Shown piece by piece: positions 1-9,553 of a stretch of DNA of 40,723 nucleotides. The notes under the pieces were generated by a model. The model did not search any database and had not been told where the DNA came from. It was given only the letters and a program-made list of their open reading frames with translations. This stretch comes from Acidobacteriota bacterium (GTDB lineage: Bacteria; Acidobacteriota; Vicinamibacteria; Vicinamibacterales; Fen-181). The stretch's first letter is position 1; each line of letters starts with the position of its first letter. Position numbers and translations under genes: made by a program. The DNA lies in assembly GCA_021779795.1 (NCBI GenBank), contig JAJXZZ010000001.1, positions 1 to 40,723 on the forward strand. The letters run 5' to 3'.

Positions 1-2079
1 CGCCGCCGCGCGACCGCGCAGCGCCCTGGCCGCCGAGCGCGCCGCGGCCCGGAAGCGCCACGCGCGGATCGGCGCGCTCCAGCTCGTGCGCTGGAACACC
101 GCGTCCAGGATCGGCGCGGCGTCCTCGCGCCCAGACGCCTCCACGGCGTCGATCATCGAGAGGTACGCCGGCGCCGGCACCGTCCGCACGTCCACGACGG
201 CGAACAGGCGCTCGAGGACGGCCAGGGCCCGGCCGTCCACGCGGCTCGCGAGCCAGGACAGCAGGACCTCCTGCGTTCCCGCGTCGGCGTTGGCGATGCC
301 GCGCGCCAGGATGTCCGGGGCGCGCTCGGACGACGAACCCGCGAGCGCGCCGAACGCCGCCCGGCACACCTCGTCCCGCGGGTCCGACAGGGCCGCTTCG
401 AGCGCCGGCAGGTGGTCGGCGCCCGGCGTGAGCTGCAGCAGCCGGATGGCCGCCACGCGCAGGTCGGCCGACTCGCTCTGCGAGGCGAGCAGGCGCCGCA
501 GCGGCTCGCGCCCCTGCCGCCCCATCGCCACGACCACCTGTTCGAGGCGGGCCCGCAGGTCCGGCCTCCGGTCCGCCGCCCAGCGCGCCGCAATCCCCGG
601 CACGAGAGGGACGCCGAGGCGCGAGAGCACGCGCACGAGCGCGTCGGACAGGGGAGGCTCGGCGCCCATGAGCATCTCGAGCGCGCGCTCGGCCAGCGGC
701 CCCCGCGACAGCTTCACCAGGATGTCGGCGGCGGACTCGCGCAGCATGCCGTCGATCGACTCGGACGCCATGCCGCCCACGAGCTCGACCGCGCGCGCCA
801 CGCCCGGCCAGTCGTCCTCGGCCGCGGCGTCGAGGGCCTGGGCCTGCAGGATCTCGAGCACCTTGTGCGCGCGGCCGTGCTCGGTCTCGAGGCGCACCAG
901 GTCCCCCAGGAGCCGGGAATCCAATTCCCGGACCGCTTCCTCGTCGATCGACCGCACCCACGCCGCCACCAGCTCCGGGGGCGGCGCGGCGCCCCTGGCG
1001 ACGCGGTTGGCCCGCTCCCGCACCGCGTGCAGCTCGTCCCGGTAATCGTCGGTGACGAACCGGGAGTCGGAGTACGTTTCGATGTTCCGCTCGAGCTCCG
1101 CCCACTGCCCGACGACGTTGCCGGCGAGGGTGACGCCGTGCGCCTCCCGCACGATCACCCGCCGCCGATCGGCATCCGAGACGAGGCGCGTGAAGAGGTC
1201 GACGAGGCCGGCCGGCGTGGCGCCGGCCTGTCCCATGATCTTCGACAGGATCGCCGAGACCGTGGCGTTGGACATCCGCTCGACCAGGGCGGACACGACG
1301 TCGACCTTGCCGACCATCGCCTCGGGAGTGCCCTGGCTGTCGAGGAGGCCGCGCAGGACGCCCTCGCCCAGGAACTCGCCCACTTCCGCCGCCCGGCGGA
1401 ACACCTCGTCGAACTGGTCGGGCTTCGTCCAGGTCAGCTGGGCCGCCGCCTTCAGCTCGCGCAGCACCGCGGCCACTGCCAGGGCGTCGTCCGGCGCGCT
1501 CTCGATCGCCCGGCGCAGGGCGCCGCAGGGATCGTCCAGGATCGAGCCGCCGACGCCGGCCGTCTCGAGGTAGTGGCTGATCACGCCCGCCAGTTCGATG
1601 AAATCGCCGCCCACCTGGCCGCGCAGGAGCGCGCCGAAGTCGATTTCGAGGATGGTCGGGCTCACGTGCTGCAGCGCCTTCCATCGGCGCTGGATCCCGC
1701 CCTCGTCGCGGACGTCCTCGGGCTTCCGGGCGAGGAGGGTCAGGAGCGCGCGCCAGGCCTCCGGGGTGTCCCGGCCGTCGAGGCTCAGGGCGCCGACGCC
1801 GTGCCGGTGGCAGATGTCGGCCACGTCGGCGACGGCGGTCTGGGTCGTGTCGATGGGCACCCCGCGGGCCAGCAGCGTCCTGGGCAGGATCGTCAGGCAG
1901 AGCGGGCCGTCGGCCGCGGCGGCGCGGGCCGCCGCCGCCAGCTGCTCGAGCGCCGAGACGGCCGCCCGGTGCGACGGCGGGTAGAAGCTCACCGCACGGG
2001 CCGCCGAACGGAACGCGCGCGCAAACTCCTGGACCGCCGGCTCCTGGGGAAGCCGCGTGGCGTTGGTATCAGCTGACAT
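1..2079 (-). CDS. HEAT/ARM-like repeat protein, partial (start codon at 2079-2077; C-terminus lies beyond the window start)
   Basis: Not in the supplied ORF track because there is no stop inside the window. My translation of the minus strand from ATG 2079 (MSADTNATRLPQEPAVQEFARAFRSAARAVSFYPPSHRAAVSALEQL...) runs stop-free and in frame to position 1 (693 codons). It has balanced D/E/L/V/I composition and G/C third positions. The overlapping + strand track ORFs (86..1045, 412..2076, 1052..1573) are Arg/Pro/Ser-rich shadow ORFs. The C-terminal half has HEAT-like repeats (LSDPRDEVCRAAFGALAG; ESADLRVAAIRLLQL). Confidence 0.6.
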   Translation of the reverse strand, partial: MSADTNATRLPQEPAVQEFARAFRSAARAVSFYPPSHRAAVSALEQLAAAARAAAADGPLCLTILPRTLLARGVPIDTTQTAVADVADICHRHGVGALSLDGRDTPEAWRALLTLLARKPEDVRDEGGIQRRWKALQHVSPTILEIDFGALLRGQVGGDFIELAGVISHYLETAGVGGSILDDPCGALRRAIESAPDDALAVAAVLRELKAAAQLTWTKPDQFDEVFRRAAEVGEFLGEGVLRGLLDSQGTPEAMVGKVDVVSALVERMSNATVSAILSKIMGQAGATPAGLVDLFTRLVSDADRRRVIVREAHGVTLAGNVVGQWAELERNIETYSDSRFVTDDYRDELHAVRERANRVARGAAPPPELVAAWVRSIDEEAVRELDSRLLGDLVRLETEHGRAHKVLEILQAQALDAAAEDDWPGVARAVELVGGMASESIDGMLRESAADILVKLSRGPLAERALEMLMGAEPPLSDALVRVLSRLGVPLVPGIAARWAADRRPDLRARLEQVVVAMGRQGREPLRRLLASQSESADLRVAAIRLLQLTPGADHLPALEAALSDPRDEVCRAAFGALAGSSSERAPDILARGIANADAGTQEVLLSWLASRVDGRALAVLERLFAVVDVRTVPAPAYLSMIDAVEASGREDAAPILDAVFQRTSWSAPIRAWRFRAAARSAARALRGRAAA

Positions 2080-2209
2080 TGCGACGCTTGATCTCCGGGA
2101 CGGGACGCCGGAACCATCGCCGGACAGGGTCGCTCCGGCGCGGCAAACACACCGTCATCTCAGTTATCGGCGGGAAAGGGCGGGAACTGAAGGGTCCGGG
2201 GCGAAACCG

Positions 2210-2950
2210 TCAGCGTAAGTGCCGCCCGCCGTCGACCCGGATCGTCTCGCCCGTCACGAAGTCTGTCTCGGCCAGGAAGACGACGGCCCGGGCGATCTCT
2301 TCCGCGCCCCCCCACCGCCCGAGCGGCGTCGCCTTTTCCACGGCCTCGACCTCGTCGGACGGCAGCCCGGGCGGCGGGAGGATCGGCCCGGGCGCGACGG
2401 CGTTGACGAGGATCCGGTCGCCGGCCAGCTCCAGCGCGAGCGCCGAGGTCAGCCCCATCACCGCCGTCTTCGCGACGTAGTAGCCGAGATAGCCCGCGTA
2501 GCGCGGCCGCCCGCTCGCCGCCAGCCAGTCCGAGACGTTCACGATCCGGCCGCCGCCCGCGGCGCGCATGTGCGGCACGGCCGCGCGAGCGCAGCAAAAC
2601 ACCGACTTCAGGTCCACGTCGAGGCTCGCCTGCAGGTCGCCTGCCGTCATCTCGTCGAACGGAACCTGGCGGTACACCGACGCCATGTTGACGAGGACGT
2701 CGAGGCGCCCGAGGCCGGCGACCACTGCGGCGACGAGTCCCTCGCACGCCGGCGCCGACGACAGGTCCGCCTGGCGCACGAGCGCGCGCCGGCCGGCCGC
2801 GCGGATCTCGCCGGCGGCCGCCTCGGCCTCGTCGCGCGAGCGGTTGTAGGCCAGCGCCACGTCGGCGCCGCGCCGCGCCAGCTCCGCGGCGACGCACGCG
2901 CCGATCCTCTTCCCCCCGGTCAGCAGGACGACCCGGTCGCGCAGGTCCAT
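2210..2950 (-). CDS. short-chain dehydrogenase/reductase (SDR) family oxidoreductase
   Basis: 246-aa track ORF with the N-terminal dinucleotide-binding motif LTGGKRIG and a catalytic Y-x3-K (YYVAK). Size and composition are typical of classical SDRs. Confidence 0.9.
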   Translation of the reverse strand: MDLRDRVVLLTGGKRIGACVAAELARRGADVALAYNRSRDEAEAAAGEIRAAGRRALVRQADLSSAPACEGLVAAVVAGLGRLDVLVNMASVYRQVPFDEMTAGDLQASLDVDLKSVFCCARAAVPHMRAAGGGRIVNVSDWLAASGRPRYAGYLGYYVAKTAVMGLTSALALELAGDRILVNAVAPGPILPPPGLPSDEVEAVEKATPLGRWGGAEEIARAVVFLAETDFVTGETIRVDGGRHLR

Positions 2951-2990
2951 GACGAACGCCTCCTTCCGGCGGCCTCCGGGGCCGCGAGGA

Positions 2991-5459
2991 TCAGTCGCGG
3001 TCGCCGGCCGGCCGCAGGAACGCCGCGCGCCGCGGCGGCGGCATCACCGACCGCGCGCCCTTCACCGACTTCCAGATCACCTCGTTCAGCAGCAGGTCCG
3101 GCGCGCGGTCCGGCGCGCTGAAGTCCATCGCCGCGGACTCGGCCGCCCCGGGCGCTCCCGGCCGGTTCACCTGGTCGATCGGGAACCGCGCGGGCACGGC
3201 CGTGTAGGGCCTCGTGTCGGGCTGCGCGACGAAGGCATTGTAGAGCGGCGTGGCCGCGGCGTCGTACTGGGTCATCGGCGGCAGCCCCAGCACGAGCTCG
3301 ATCGTCCGCAGCACGCCCGACGTCGTGTAGAGCGTGTGGTCCACGGCGCCACGGCGCGTGAACGGGCTCGCCACGAGCAGCACGGAGCGGTGCGCGTCCA
3401 CGTGGTCGGGCCCGTTCTGCGCGTCGTCCTCGAGGACGAAGACGGCCGACTCCTTCCAGAAGCGGCTGTGCGAGATGGCGTCGACGATCCGGCCGAGCGC
3501 GAGGTCGTTGTCGGCCACCATCGACCGGGGCGACACCGATCCGGCCCGCGTGCCGGCGGTGTGGTCGCGCGGCACCCGCATGACGGTGAGGCGCGGCAGC
3601 CGGCCCGACGCCTCGAACTCCCGGAATTCCTTCAGCCAGGCGTCGGCGCGCGACTGGTCGGAGATCGCCATGTCGAACGGCGCGAAGGTGGGGCTGATGG
3701 CGCCCACCAGGCCCGGCACCGTCGCCTTCAGCGGCGCCGTCCGGTCGCGGAAGTCGTCGCCGTGCATGACGAACTCCCCGTAGCTGCGGACCGACAGCCC
3801 CGCGCGGCGGCAGGCGTCCCAGATGTAGCCCTGCGCCGGCGCGGCCACGTTGCCGTACGCGTTGCGCATCGCGCCGCCGCCCTCGCTCAGGTAGGCGCCG
3901 CCGCGGCCCGCGTAGTTGGCCGGCCAGATCTTCTCGACCACGTCGGTGGCGTACGCCCCGGTCGAGAACGCGTGGCCGTCGTAGCTCACCTCGGCATTGA
4001 CGTAGAAGTTGTCGAACAGGGTGAACTGGCGCGCGATCGCGTGGGCGTTGGGCGTGATCCTGTCGCCGAACAGGCAGAGCGATCGGTCGCCGTCGCCCCG
4101 CGCCACGTCGCCGAGCACCTGGTCGTAGGTGCGGTTCTCCCGGATGATGTAGAAGACGTACTTGATCGGCGACGGCCGGCCCACTTCAGGCGGGATCGGC
4201 GAGACGCGCGGCGCGCCGGCCGGCGCCAGGCGCACGGCGTCCGAGTAGGGCGACAGGCGGAGTGCCTGCGCGGTCATCCGGGCCAGCTCCTCGCGCCCCG
4301 GCATCGGCAGCACCGAGAGCGCCCCTTTCAGCAGGCCCGCGATGTACCGCCCCCTGCGCCCCGTCACCGGGTTGGGCCCGTCCGGATTCGGCACCGACGC
4401 CAGTCCCTTGCCGCTCAGCACGTAGACCCGGCGTCCCGCGCGATCGAACCCGACGGCCGTGGGGTACCAGCCGGTCGGGATGAAGCCGGAAACCGTGCTG
4501 CGTCCCCTCTCCTCCACGTCCACGACGGCGACGACGTTGTTGTCGGCGTTGGCCACGAGCAGCGTCCGGCCGTCCGGCGACAGCGCCAGCCCGTTGGGGG
4601 TCGTCCCCGCCGGCGCCTCCGGGAACATCGAGACGCCGATCTGCTCTTCGGCCTTCATCGACTGCGTGTCGATCGCCCACACCGCGTTCGTGTTGGCGCA
4701 CGCGACGAACAGGCGGCCGTCGGGCGCGAGCGCCATCGCGTTCGGGTGCTCGCCGACGGCGACGCTGCCGGCCGGCTCGAGCGTCCGCGCGTCGAAGGCC
4801 AGCACCCGGGCCCCGCCCCACAGCGACACGAACAGGCGCGTCCCGTCGCGCGAGACCAGGCAGCCATACACCTCGGCCGGGAGGTCGATCGTCCGGTCGA
4901 CCACGCCCGACTCGGTGGACAGCTCGAGCACCTTCTGCTCGAGCGCCCGCGCCACGAACAGGTGCCGGCCGTCGGGGGTGAGGGCGACGCCGCCGCCCAG
5001 GGCGGTCGGCGACTTCTCGAGCGCGAAGACGCGGAGGCGCCGGAGGCGGCCCCCCTCGTAGGCGAACTCGTCCACCTCGTCGCCGCCGGTCGAGTACAGG
5101 CGTCGGCCATCGGGGTGCCAGGCGAGGCCGAGCCACGCCTGCTCCAGCGGGACGGTGGCGCGGACGGCGAACGTGCGCGCGTCCACGATGGTCAGCGAGG
5201 GCTTGTCGTAGCCGTCGTTGCTGACGATGAGGCTGGCGCCGTCGGGGCTCTGGACGAAGGCCATCGGGAGGTCGCCGACGGCGAGGTGCCGCCCGACCGG
5301 CGCGAGGCGCCAGCCGTTGGGCAGGAGCGTCGTGCCGTCGGCGCCGCGGCCCGGCCGGCGGGCCGCGTCGGCGGCGCGCTGGGCGGCGGGGACGAGTCCG
5401 AAGTAGCCGCAGCCGAACACGGCGGCGGCGGCGAGGCCGGCGATCAGGTTCTTGTTCAT
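2991..5459 (-). CDS. exported YncE-like beta-propeller fused to a phosphoesterase (phospholipase C / acid phosphatase type) domain
   Basis: 822-aa track ORF. It has an N-terminal hydrophobic signal/anchor (LIAGLAAAAVFGC) and repeated SPDG/TPDG/APDG...L.V blades in the N-terminal half. The C-terminal half carries FYIIRENRTYDQVLGD, DGHAFS and EDDAQNGPDHVDAHRS, which are phosphoesterase-family hallmarks. Confidence 0.85.
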   Translation of the reverse strand: MNKNLIAGLAAAAVFGCGYFGLVPAAQRAADAARRPGRGADGTTLLPNGWRLAPVGRHLAVGDLPMAFVQSPDGASLIVSNDGYDKPSLTIVDARTFAVRATVPLEQAWLGLAWHPDGRRLYSTGGDEVDEFAYEGGRLRRLRVFALEKSPTALGGGVALTPDGRHLFVARALEQKVLELSTESGVVDRTIDLPAEVYGCLVSRDGTRLFVSLWGGARVLAFDARTLEPAGSVAVGEHPNAMALAPDGRLFVACANTNAVWAIDTQSMKAEEQIGVSMFPEAPAGTTPNGLALSPDGRTLLVANADNNVVAVVDVEERGRSTVSGFIPTGWYPTAVGFDRAGRRVYVLSGKGLASVPNPDGPNPVTGRRGRYIAGLLKGALSVLPMPGREELARMTAQALRLSPYSDAVRLAPAGAPRVSPIPPEVGRPSPIKYVFYIIRENRTYDQVLGDVARGDGDRSLCLFGDRITPNAHAIARQFTLFDNFYVNAEVSYDGHAFSTGAYATDVVEKIWPANYAGRGGAYLSEGGGAMRNAYGNVAAPAQGYIWDACRRAGLSVRSYGEFVMHGDDFRDRTAPLKATVPGLVGAISPTFAPFDMAISDQSRADAWLKEFREFEASGRLPRLTVMRVPRDHTAGTRAGSVSPRSMVADNDLALGRIVDAISHSRFWKESAVFVLEDDAQNGPDHVDAHRSVLLVASPFTRRGAVDHTLYTTSGVLRTIELVLGLPPMTQYDAAATPLYNAFVAQPDTRPYTAVPARFPIDQVNRPGAPGAAESAAMDFSAPDRAPDLLLNEVIWKSVKGARSVMPPPRRAAFLRPAGDRD

Positions 5460-5465
5460 TCTCAG

Positions 5466-5478
5466 CGTATAGTAGTGT
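5466..5478. promoter_or_regulatory. AT-rich core with face-to-face -10-like hexamers (TATAGT on +, TACTAT on -) in the 29-bp divergent spacer
   Basis: The sequence cgTATAGTAGTgt is the only AT-rich stretch between the start codons at 5459 (-) and 5489 (+). The hexamers lie 11-15 nt from the respective ATGs, and no clear Shine-Dalgarno is present on either side. Confidence 0.3.
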
Positions 5479-5488
5479 CGGTATCGGA

Positions 5489-8104
5489 ATGCACGTCAAG
5501 GACGGCCAGCACCCGCCCCGCTCCGAGGCCGCCGGGACGGCTGCCGACGCCGGCGCCGCCGCGGAACTCGACTCCGTTCGCCTGGGGCTCTTCGCCCGGC
5601 TGGGCAACGGCCTGCTCTGGCTGCTCGGCCACGCGACGAAGATCCTGCCCGTCCTCGTGATCGGCCTGGTCACGATCGTCTCCTGGCACGAGCTGAAGGC
5701 CATCCGGCCGCGCGAGGTGCGGGCGGCCTTCCACGCGCTCGACCCGTTCTGGCTGATGGTCGCCGCCGGCGCGACGCTGCTCAACATCGGCGTCATGGGG
5801 CTCTACGACGTGATCGCGTTCGAGCACACGCGCTCGCGCTGGCTCGAGCGCTGGCGGTACGGCGCGGTCGCGTTTGCCTGGAGCAATTTCCTGACGCTCG
5901 GGCCGCTGGCCGGCCCGGCGATCCGGTTCTGGCTCTACCGTCCGGCGGTCGACAAGCCCTCCGACCTCGAGGGGGGCGTCGTGTCGATCGCGACGGCGTT
6001 CACGGCGGGCCTCGGCGGCTGGGCGCTGGCCGCGTGGCTGCTGCCGCCGGTGAGCGACATCCGCCTCGAGGCGGCGCTCGTCGTCCTGGCGTTCGGGGCG
6101 ACGCTGGCGGGCGTGCACGTGGCCCGGGCCGTGTTCAACCGGATCGAGCGCCTGGCGGCGCCGTCGGGCGGCCGGATCGCGGCGCTGCACCTGGCGGTGG
6201 TCGGGTGGCTCGACTGGCTGCTGGCCGCGCTCGCCTTCTCGGCCTGCCTGCACGCCACGGGCGCCCCCCTCTCGGCGATCGAGTCGATCCGCACCTTCTT
6301 CTTCGGCCAGGCCGTCGGCCTGGCGAGCCTGGTGCCGGGCGGCTTCGGCAGCGCCGACGCGTTCTGGATCGCGCGCCTGCCCGTCGGCACCAGCGTCTCG
6401 ACCGCCGCGCTGCTGGCCTACCGGCTGATCTACTACGTCCTGCCGTGGGCGATGGCGTCGCTGCTGCTCCTCAGCTGGGCGACGCACCGCGCCACCAAGC
6501 GGCTCGAGCTGGCGCGGCGGCTGCTCGCCGGCCTCGTCGGCGCGGCGGGGCTGCTGATCCTGCTCAGCGCCGCGTCGCTCTCGATCCGCTCGCGGTTCAC
6601 GCTGATCAACGAGCTGCTGCCGCTGCCGGTGGTCGAAGTCTCGCACCTGGCGGCGGCGGCCACCGGGATCCTGCTGCTGATGCTCGCGCGCGGGCTGGCG
6701 CGCGGCTACCGCGCCGCGCTGGAGTGGACCGTCAGCCTGCTGCTGATGGGCGTCGTGTTCTCGATCCTCAAGGGGCTCGACTGGGAGGAGGCGGTGATCC
6801 TGGCGCTCGTCGCGGTGCTCGCCGTGTCGCAGCGCCCGCTGTTCACGAGGAAGAGCCGGGGGGACTGGATCGAGTCGCGCGACGTCGGCGTGGCGTTCCT
6901 GGCGCTGCTGCTGTTCATCGTGTTCGGCACCTTCGCCTACCGGGTGCGCCGGCCGACCGTGTCCGACATCGAGACGTTCCGCGCGACGCAGTGGGCCCAG
7001 GTCGAGCGCAACCGGTTCCTGCGATCGGCCACGACGCTGGCGCTGGCCCTCTCGGCCGGGGCGGCGTACGTCCTCATGCGCGTCCCGATCCGGTTCCGGC
7101 GGCTGGGCGAAGACGAGATCACGCGCGTGCTCGACCTGCACGCGGAGTACGGCGGCGACACCAACGCGCAGCTCGTGGCGTGCGGCGACAAGGACGTGTT
7201 CGAGGACCCGGGCCGCGGCTTCTGTCTCTACCGGACGATCGGCCCCTACCTGGTCGTGTTCGCCGACCCGGTCGTGCGGGCGCCCGGCGAGCGCAGCGCC
7301 TTCCTGAACGCGCTGTTCGAGCAGGCCGGCGGCCTCGACCGCCGCCCGGTGTTCTACCAGGTGTCGCTCGGCTGGATCCCGGCGCTGCACGACCGGGGCT
7401 ACGCCTTCTTCAAGCTGGGCGAGGAGGCGCACGTCTCGCTCGAGACGTTCTCGCTCGACGGCCGCACCGGCAAGGAGTACCGGCAGTTCCTGCGGCGGGC
7501 CGAGCGCGACCAGGTCAGCTTCCGCATCCTGCAGCCCTACGAGGTGCAGGGGGTGCTGCCCGAGCTGGCCGAGATCTCGGACGACTGGCTCGAGAGCAAG
7601 GGGGTGCGCGAGCGCCAGTTCTCGATCGGCTTCTTCGACCCCAGCTACCTGGAACGCTTCCCGTGCGCGGTCGTCGAGGACGCCGCGGGGCGCCTGGTCG
7701 CGTTCGCGAACGTCCTGCCCGGCCCGCGGCGGGAGGAGCTGTCGATCGACCTGATGCGGCACCGCCGCGACGCGCCGCGCGTGATGGACTTCATGTTCAC
7801 CTCGCTGTTCCTCTACGGCAAGGAGCGCGGCTACCGGCGGTTCAACATGGGGATGGCGCCCCTGTCGAGCGTCGGCGAGATCCGCGGCGCCTACGCGCGC
7901 GAGCGGCTGGCGAACCTGTTCTTCCAGCACGGCGAGACCTGGTACAACTTCCAGGGGCTGCGGCTCTACAAGGAGAAATTCCACCCCGAGTGGGTGCCGC
8001 GCTACATGGCGTACCAGAACGCCTGGGAGTGGCCGGTCGCCATCGCGCACGTCAGCGCCCTCATCGCGGGGGGCTGGGGGCAGGTGATCAGGGGGCGCAG
8101 GTAG
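5489..8104 (+). CDS. mprF: bifunctional lysylphosphatidylglycerol (aminoacyl-PG) flippase/synthetase MprF
   Basis: 871-aa track ORF. The N-terminal ~520 aa is a run of hydrophobic helices. The C-terminal soluble domain carries FSIGFFDPSYL, YRRFNMGMAPLS and WYNFQGLRLYKEKFHPEWVPRYMAY, typical of the MprF aminoacyl-PG synthase domain. Confidence 0.85.
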   Translation: MHVKDGQHPPRSEAAGTAADAGAAAELDSVRLGLFARLGNGLLWLLGHATKILPVLVIGLVTIVSWHELKAIRPREVRAAFHALDPFWLMVAAGATLLNIGVMGLYDVIAFEHTRSRWLERWRYGAVAFAWSNFLTLGPLAGPAIRFWLYRPAVDKPSDLEGGVVSIATAFTAGLGGWALAAWLLPPVSDIRLEAALVVLAFGATLAGVHVARAVFNRIERLAAPSGGRIAALHLAVVGWLDWLLAALAFSACLHATGAPLSAIESIRTFFFGQAVGLASLVPGGFGSADAFWIARLPVGTSVSTAALLAYRLIYYVLPWAMASLLLLSWATHRATKRLELARRLLAGLVGAAGLLILLSAASLSIRSRFTLINELLPLPVVEVSHLAAAATGILLLMLARGLARGYRAALEWTVSLLLMGVVFSILKGLDWEEAVILALVAVLAVSQRPLFTRKSRGDWIESRDVGVAFLALLLFIVFGTFAYRVRRPTVSDIETFRATQWAQVERNRFLRSATTLALALSAGAAYVLMRVPIRFRRLGEDEITRVLDLHAEYGGDTNAQLVACGDKDVFEDPGRGFCLYRTIGPYLVVFADPVVRAPGERSAFLNALFEQAGGLDRRPVFYQVSLGWIPALHDRGYAFFKLGEEAHVSLETFSLDGRTGKEYRQFLRRAERDQVSFRILQPYEVQGVLPELAEISDDWLESKGVRERQFSIGFFDPSYLERFPCAVVEDAAGRLVAFANVLPGPRREELSIDLMRHRRDAPRVMDFMFTSLFLYGKERGYRRFNMGMAPLSSVGEIRGAYARERLANLFFQHGETWYNFQGLRLYKEKFHPEWVPRYMAYQNAWEWPVAIAHVSALIAGGWGQVIRGRR

Positions 8105-8119
8105 CATCCCATGGACCCC

Positions 8120-8154
8120 GAGGCTCGAGGCCCAAGCTTTAGGCCTTGAGCCTC
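8120..8154. terminator. 13-bp stem / 9-nt loop hairpin in the convergent MprF / response-regulator gap
   Basis: GAGGCTCGAGGCC (8120-8132) pairs with GGCCTTGAGCCTC (8142-8154): 12 Watson-Crick pairs plus 1 G-U. There is no U-tract on either strand. Confidence 0.4.
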
Positions 8155-8178
8155 ACCTGAGCCTTGAGCCCTGAGCCC
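8147..8178. repeat. heptamer array of TGAGCCY units
   Basis: TGAGCC at 8147-8152, then TGAGCCT (8158-8164), TGAGCCC (8165-8171) and TGAGCCC (8172-8178). The array ends 2 nt from the regulator stop codon (8181-8183). Confidence 0.7.
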
Positions 8179-8180
8179 TT

Positions 8181-9539
8181 TTACTGCCCCTCTCCCTCCT
8201 TGAGGTCCAGCCCGAACCGTTCCGCCATCCGGTAGAGCGTGCGGCGGTCGATGCCCATGATCTCGGCGGCCTTCGTCCGGTTGCCGCCGACGCTCTCCAG
8301 CACGTGCAGCAGGTAGCGCCGCTCGATCTCGTCCAGCGTCGGCAGGCCGCTGAACAGGCGCTCGCCGAGGTCGGGCGGCGCGCCGAGGAAGGCCGGCGGC
8401 AGGTCGCCGGCGTCGATGACGGCGCCGCGGCTGAAGAGCACCAGGCGCTCGACCGTGTTCTCCAGCTCGCGGACGTTGCCCGGCCAGGCATAGGCGGTGA
8501 GCGCCTCGAGGGCGGCGGGCGAGAACTCCACCTGGCGGCCGGCGCGCGTGCAGGCGTTCAGGAGGAACTGGCCGACCAGCAGCGGGATGTCCGCCCGGCG
8601 CTCGCGCAGCGGCGGCACGCGGATGGAGATCACGCTCAGGCGGTAGAACAGGTCCTGGCGGAACCGCTGCTCGGCCACTTCCTTCTCGAGGTCCACGTTG
8701 GTGGCGGCCACGACGCGCACGTCCACGCGGGTGGGCCGGCCGGCGCCGACCGCCCGGAACTCCCCCTCCTCGAGCACGCGCAGGAGCTTCACCTGCAGGG
8801 CGGGCGACGTCTCGCCGATCTCGTCGAGGAAGACGGTCCCGCCGTTGGCCTGCTCGAAGATCCCCTTGGTGTCGCTCACCGCGCCGGTGAACGAGCCGCG
8901 GACGTGGCCGAACAGCTCCGACTCGAGCAGGCTCTCGGCGATGGCGCCGCAGTTGACCGGGACGAACGGCCGGGGCGCCCGGCGGCCGTGGGCGTGGACG
9001 GCGCGGGCCACCAGTTCCTTGCCCGTGCCGCTCTCGCCGACGATCAGCACCGGCACGGCGGCGTCGGCGGCGTGCGCGATCTGCTTGTAGACGGCGAGCA
9101 TGGGCGCCGTGCGCCCGAGCAGCGCGGGCGGCCGGATGTCGCGCGGCGACGCCGCCCGGGGGCCGGCCGGCGTGCCCGCCTGGACGAGCGCCCGCTCGAC
9201 GGTCGCCTTGACCTCGTTGATGTCGAACGGCTTGCTGATGTAGTCGAAGGCGCCGGCCCGGACCGCGTCGATGGCCGTCTCGAGCGTGCCGAAGCCGCTG
9301 ATGAGCAGCACCTGGCCGCGCGGGTTCGACGCCCGGAAGGCGCGCAGGATGTCGAGGCCCGACTGCTCGGCGTTCAAGTTGATGTCCGAGATCACCAGGT
9401 CGAAGGGGTGCGCCTTCACGAGGGCGAGCGCCGACGCCGGGTCGTAGGCCGACTCGATCTCGCGGCCGGGCCTGTCGAGCAGGTCCGCCATGAACCGGCA
9501 GGTCTCGCGGTCGTCGTCCACGATCAGGATTCTCGGCAT
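8181..9539 (-). CDS. sigma54-dependent Fis-family response regulator (NtrC/AtoC type)
   Basis: Real start is [10 protein letters not shown] at ATG 9539-9537; the track ORF 8181..10694 reads through into the kinase region. Receiver domain (DLVISDINL), AAA+ sigma54-interaction module ([27 protein letters not shown]) and C-terminal Fis-type HTH ([20 protein letters not shown]). 452 aa. Confidence 0.92.
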   Translation of the reverse strand: MPRILIVDDDRETCRFMADLLDRPGREIESAYDPASALALVKAHPFDLVISDINLNAEQSGLDILRAFRASNPRGQVLLISGFGTLETAIDAVRAGAFDYISKPFDINEVKATVERALVQAGTPAGPRAASPRDIRPPALLGRTAPMLAVYKQIAHAADAAVPVLIVGESGTGKELVARAVHAHGRRAPRPFVPVNCGAIAESLLESELFGHVRGSFTGAVSDTKGIFEQANGGTVFLDEIGETSPALQVKLLRVLEEGEFRAVGAGRPTRVDVRVVAATNVDLEKEVAEQRFRQDLFYRLSVISIRVPPLRERRADIPLLVGQFLLNACTRAGRQVEFSPAALEALTAYAWPGNVRELENTVERLVLFSRGAVIDAGDLPPAFLGAPPDLGERLFSGLPTLDEIERRYLLHVLESVGGNRTKAAEIMGIDRRTLYRMAERFGLDLKEGEGQ

Positions 9540-9553
9540 AGCGTCCCTGCGGC

